Assembly: GCA_041301185.1 (NCBI GenBank)
Contig: JBFYSV010000202.1
Span: 8,620 to 72,619 of the forward strand
Source: Anaerolineae bacterium
GTDB lineage: Bacteria > Chloroflexota > Anaerolineae > Anaerolineales > UBA4823
Length of the DNA stretch: 64,000 nucleotides
Direction of reading: 5' to 3'
Shown here piece by piece: positions 63,662 to 64,000 of the stretch. A program made the position numbers and the translations under genes. The notes beneath the pieces were generated by a model. It searched no databases. It saw only the letters and a list, made by a program, of their open reading frames with translations, and was not told where the DNA came from. Numbering within the stretch: the stretch's first letter is position 1; each line of letters begins with the position of its first letter.

Positions 63662-64000
63662 TCCTGTCCTCCGATCAAATGCCCCACCTCGTCTACATTT
63701 GTCTGCCTGGCATCTAAGATCCTGGACATCTTTCCCCCAGAAAAAACCGCTATTCGATCACTGCGATCTATGATCTCGTCCAGATCAGAGGACATAAAGA
63801 GAATTGCTGTTCCGGCCTGCCGGCGTTGGTATAGTTGATCCCATATCCAATCCGACGAGCGTACATCCAGGCCGCGTGTCGGATGTTCAAGCAGGATCAA
63901 TTTCAGCGATTCCCAAAGCAGCCCAAATAAAAGGCGCTGTTGGTTACCACCTGATAGCTCCTCAGCACCTGAATCTGGGCTACCAACAATTTGATATTGT
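63658..64000 (-). CDS. ABC transporter ATP-binding protein, C-terminal part (gene continues beyond the window)
   Basis: The reading frame stays open upstream of the track's TTG start. Hand translation of 63901-63960 gives '...LSGGNQQRLLFGLLWESLKLILLEHPTRGLD', i.e. ABC signature plus Walker B. Confidence 0.85.
   Translation of the reverse strand, partial: QYQIVGSPDSGAEELSGGNQQRLLFGLLWESLKLILLEHPTRGLDVRSSDWIWDQLYQRRQAGTAILFMSSDLDEIIDRSDRIAVFSGGKMSRILDARQTNVDEVGHLIGGQE

Noticed and set aside
1-64000. CRISPR arrays, tandem DNA repeats, IS elements and toxin-antitoxin pairs
   Set aside because: No regularly spaced direct repeats and no transposase-like or small paired ORFs were seen. The only repeats are protein-level DUF11 and propeller repeats and a few isolated hairpins, all listed above.

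Overview
Gene-dense chromosomal segment with about 60 CDS and no rRNA, tRNA, CRISPR array, transposase or prophage signal that I could see. The content looks like a monoderm, anaerobe-type bacterium. An Anaerolineae-like Chloroflexota origin is my guess only, based on a short YidC, a sortase, a tungsten-type AOR and SelB. Layout: 1-20.8 kb holds mixed-strand housekeeping genes (mltG, lon, folC, moaA, AOR, tilS, mutL) and a translationally coupled signalling operon. 20.9-35.1 kb is entirely plus strand and includes trkA x2, rpmH-rnpA-yidD-[PQQ lipoprotein]-yidC-jag and parAB. 35.2-64.0 kb is entirely minus strand and carries an OmpR regulator, a DUF11/sortase giant gene, selB, a coiled-coil gene, three antiporter-like membrane genes, dihydropyrimidinase, oppBC, PLP enzymes, a GT2 and a duplicated BMP-type ABC transporter. 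The most unusual item is a single 984-codon ORF (36090-39044) that encodes a DUF11-repeat surface protein, an LPGTG sorting signal, two TM helices and a complete sortase domain (His/Cys/Arg). That places a sortase and its apparent substrate in one polypeptide. Other candidates: a protoglobin-like/MoaD-like fusion between moaA and AOR; two adjacent small proteins that both end in GGG; a REC-CpaE-like/sirtuin/GAF-kinase operon; an OppC permease fused to an extracytoplasmic beta-propeller, with no binding-protein gene nearby; a stand-alone trio of divergent NuoL/N-like membrane proteins; a Xer-like protein lacking the catalytic Tyr; and a two-domain fused BMP binding protein serving two permease sets. 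All calls come from reading the supplied translations and the DNA by eye. No database search or computation was run.
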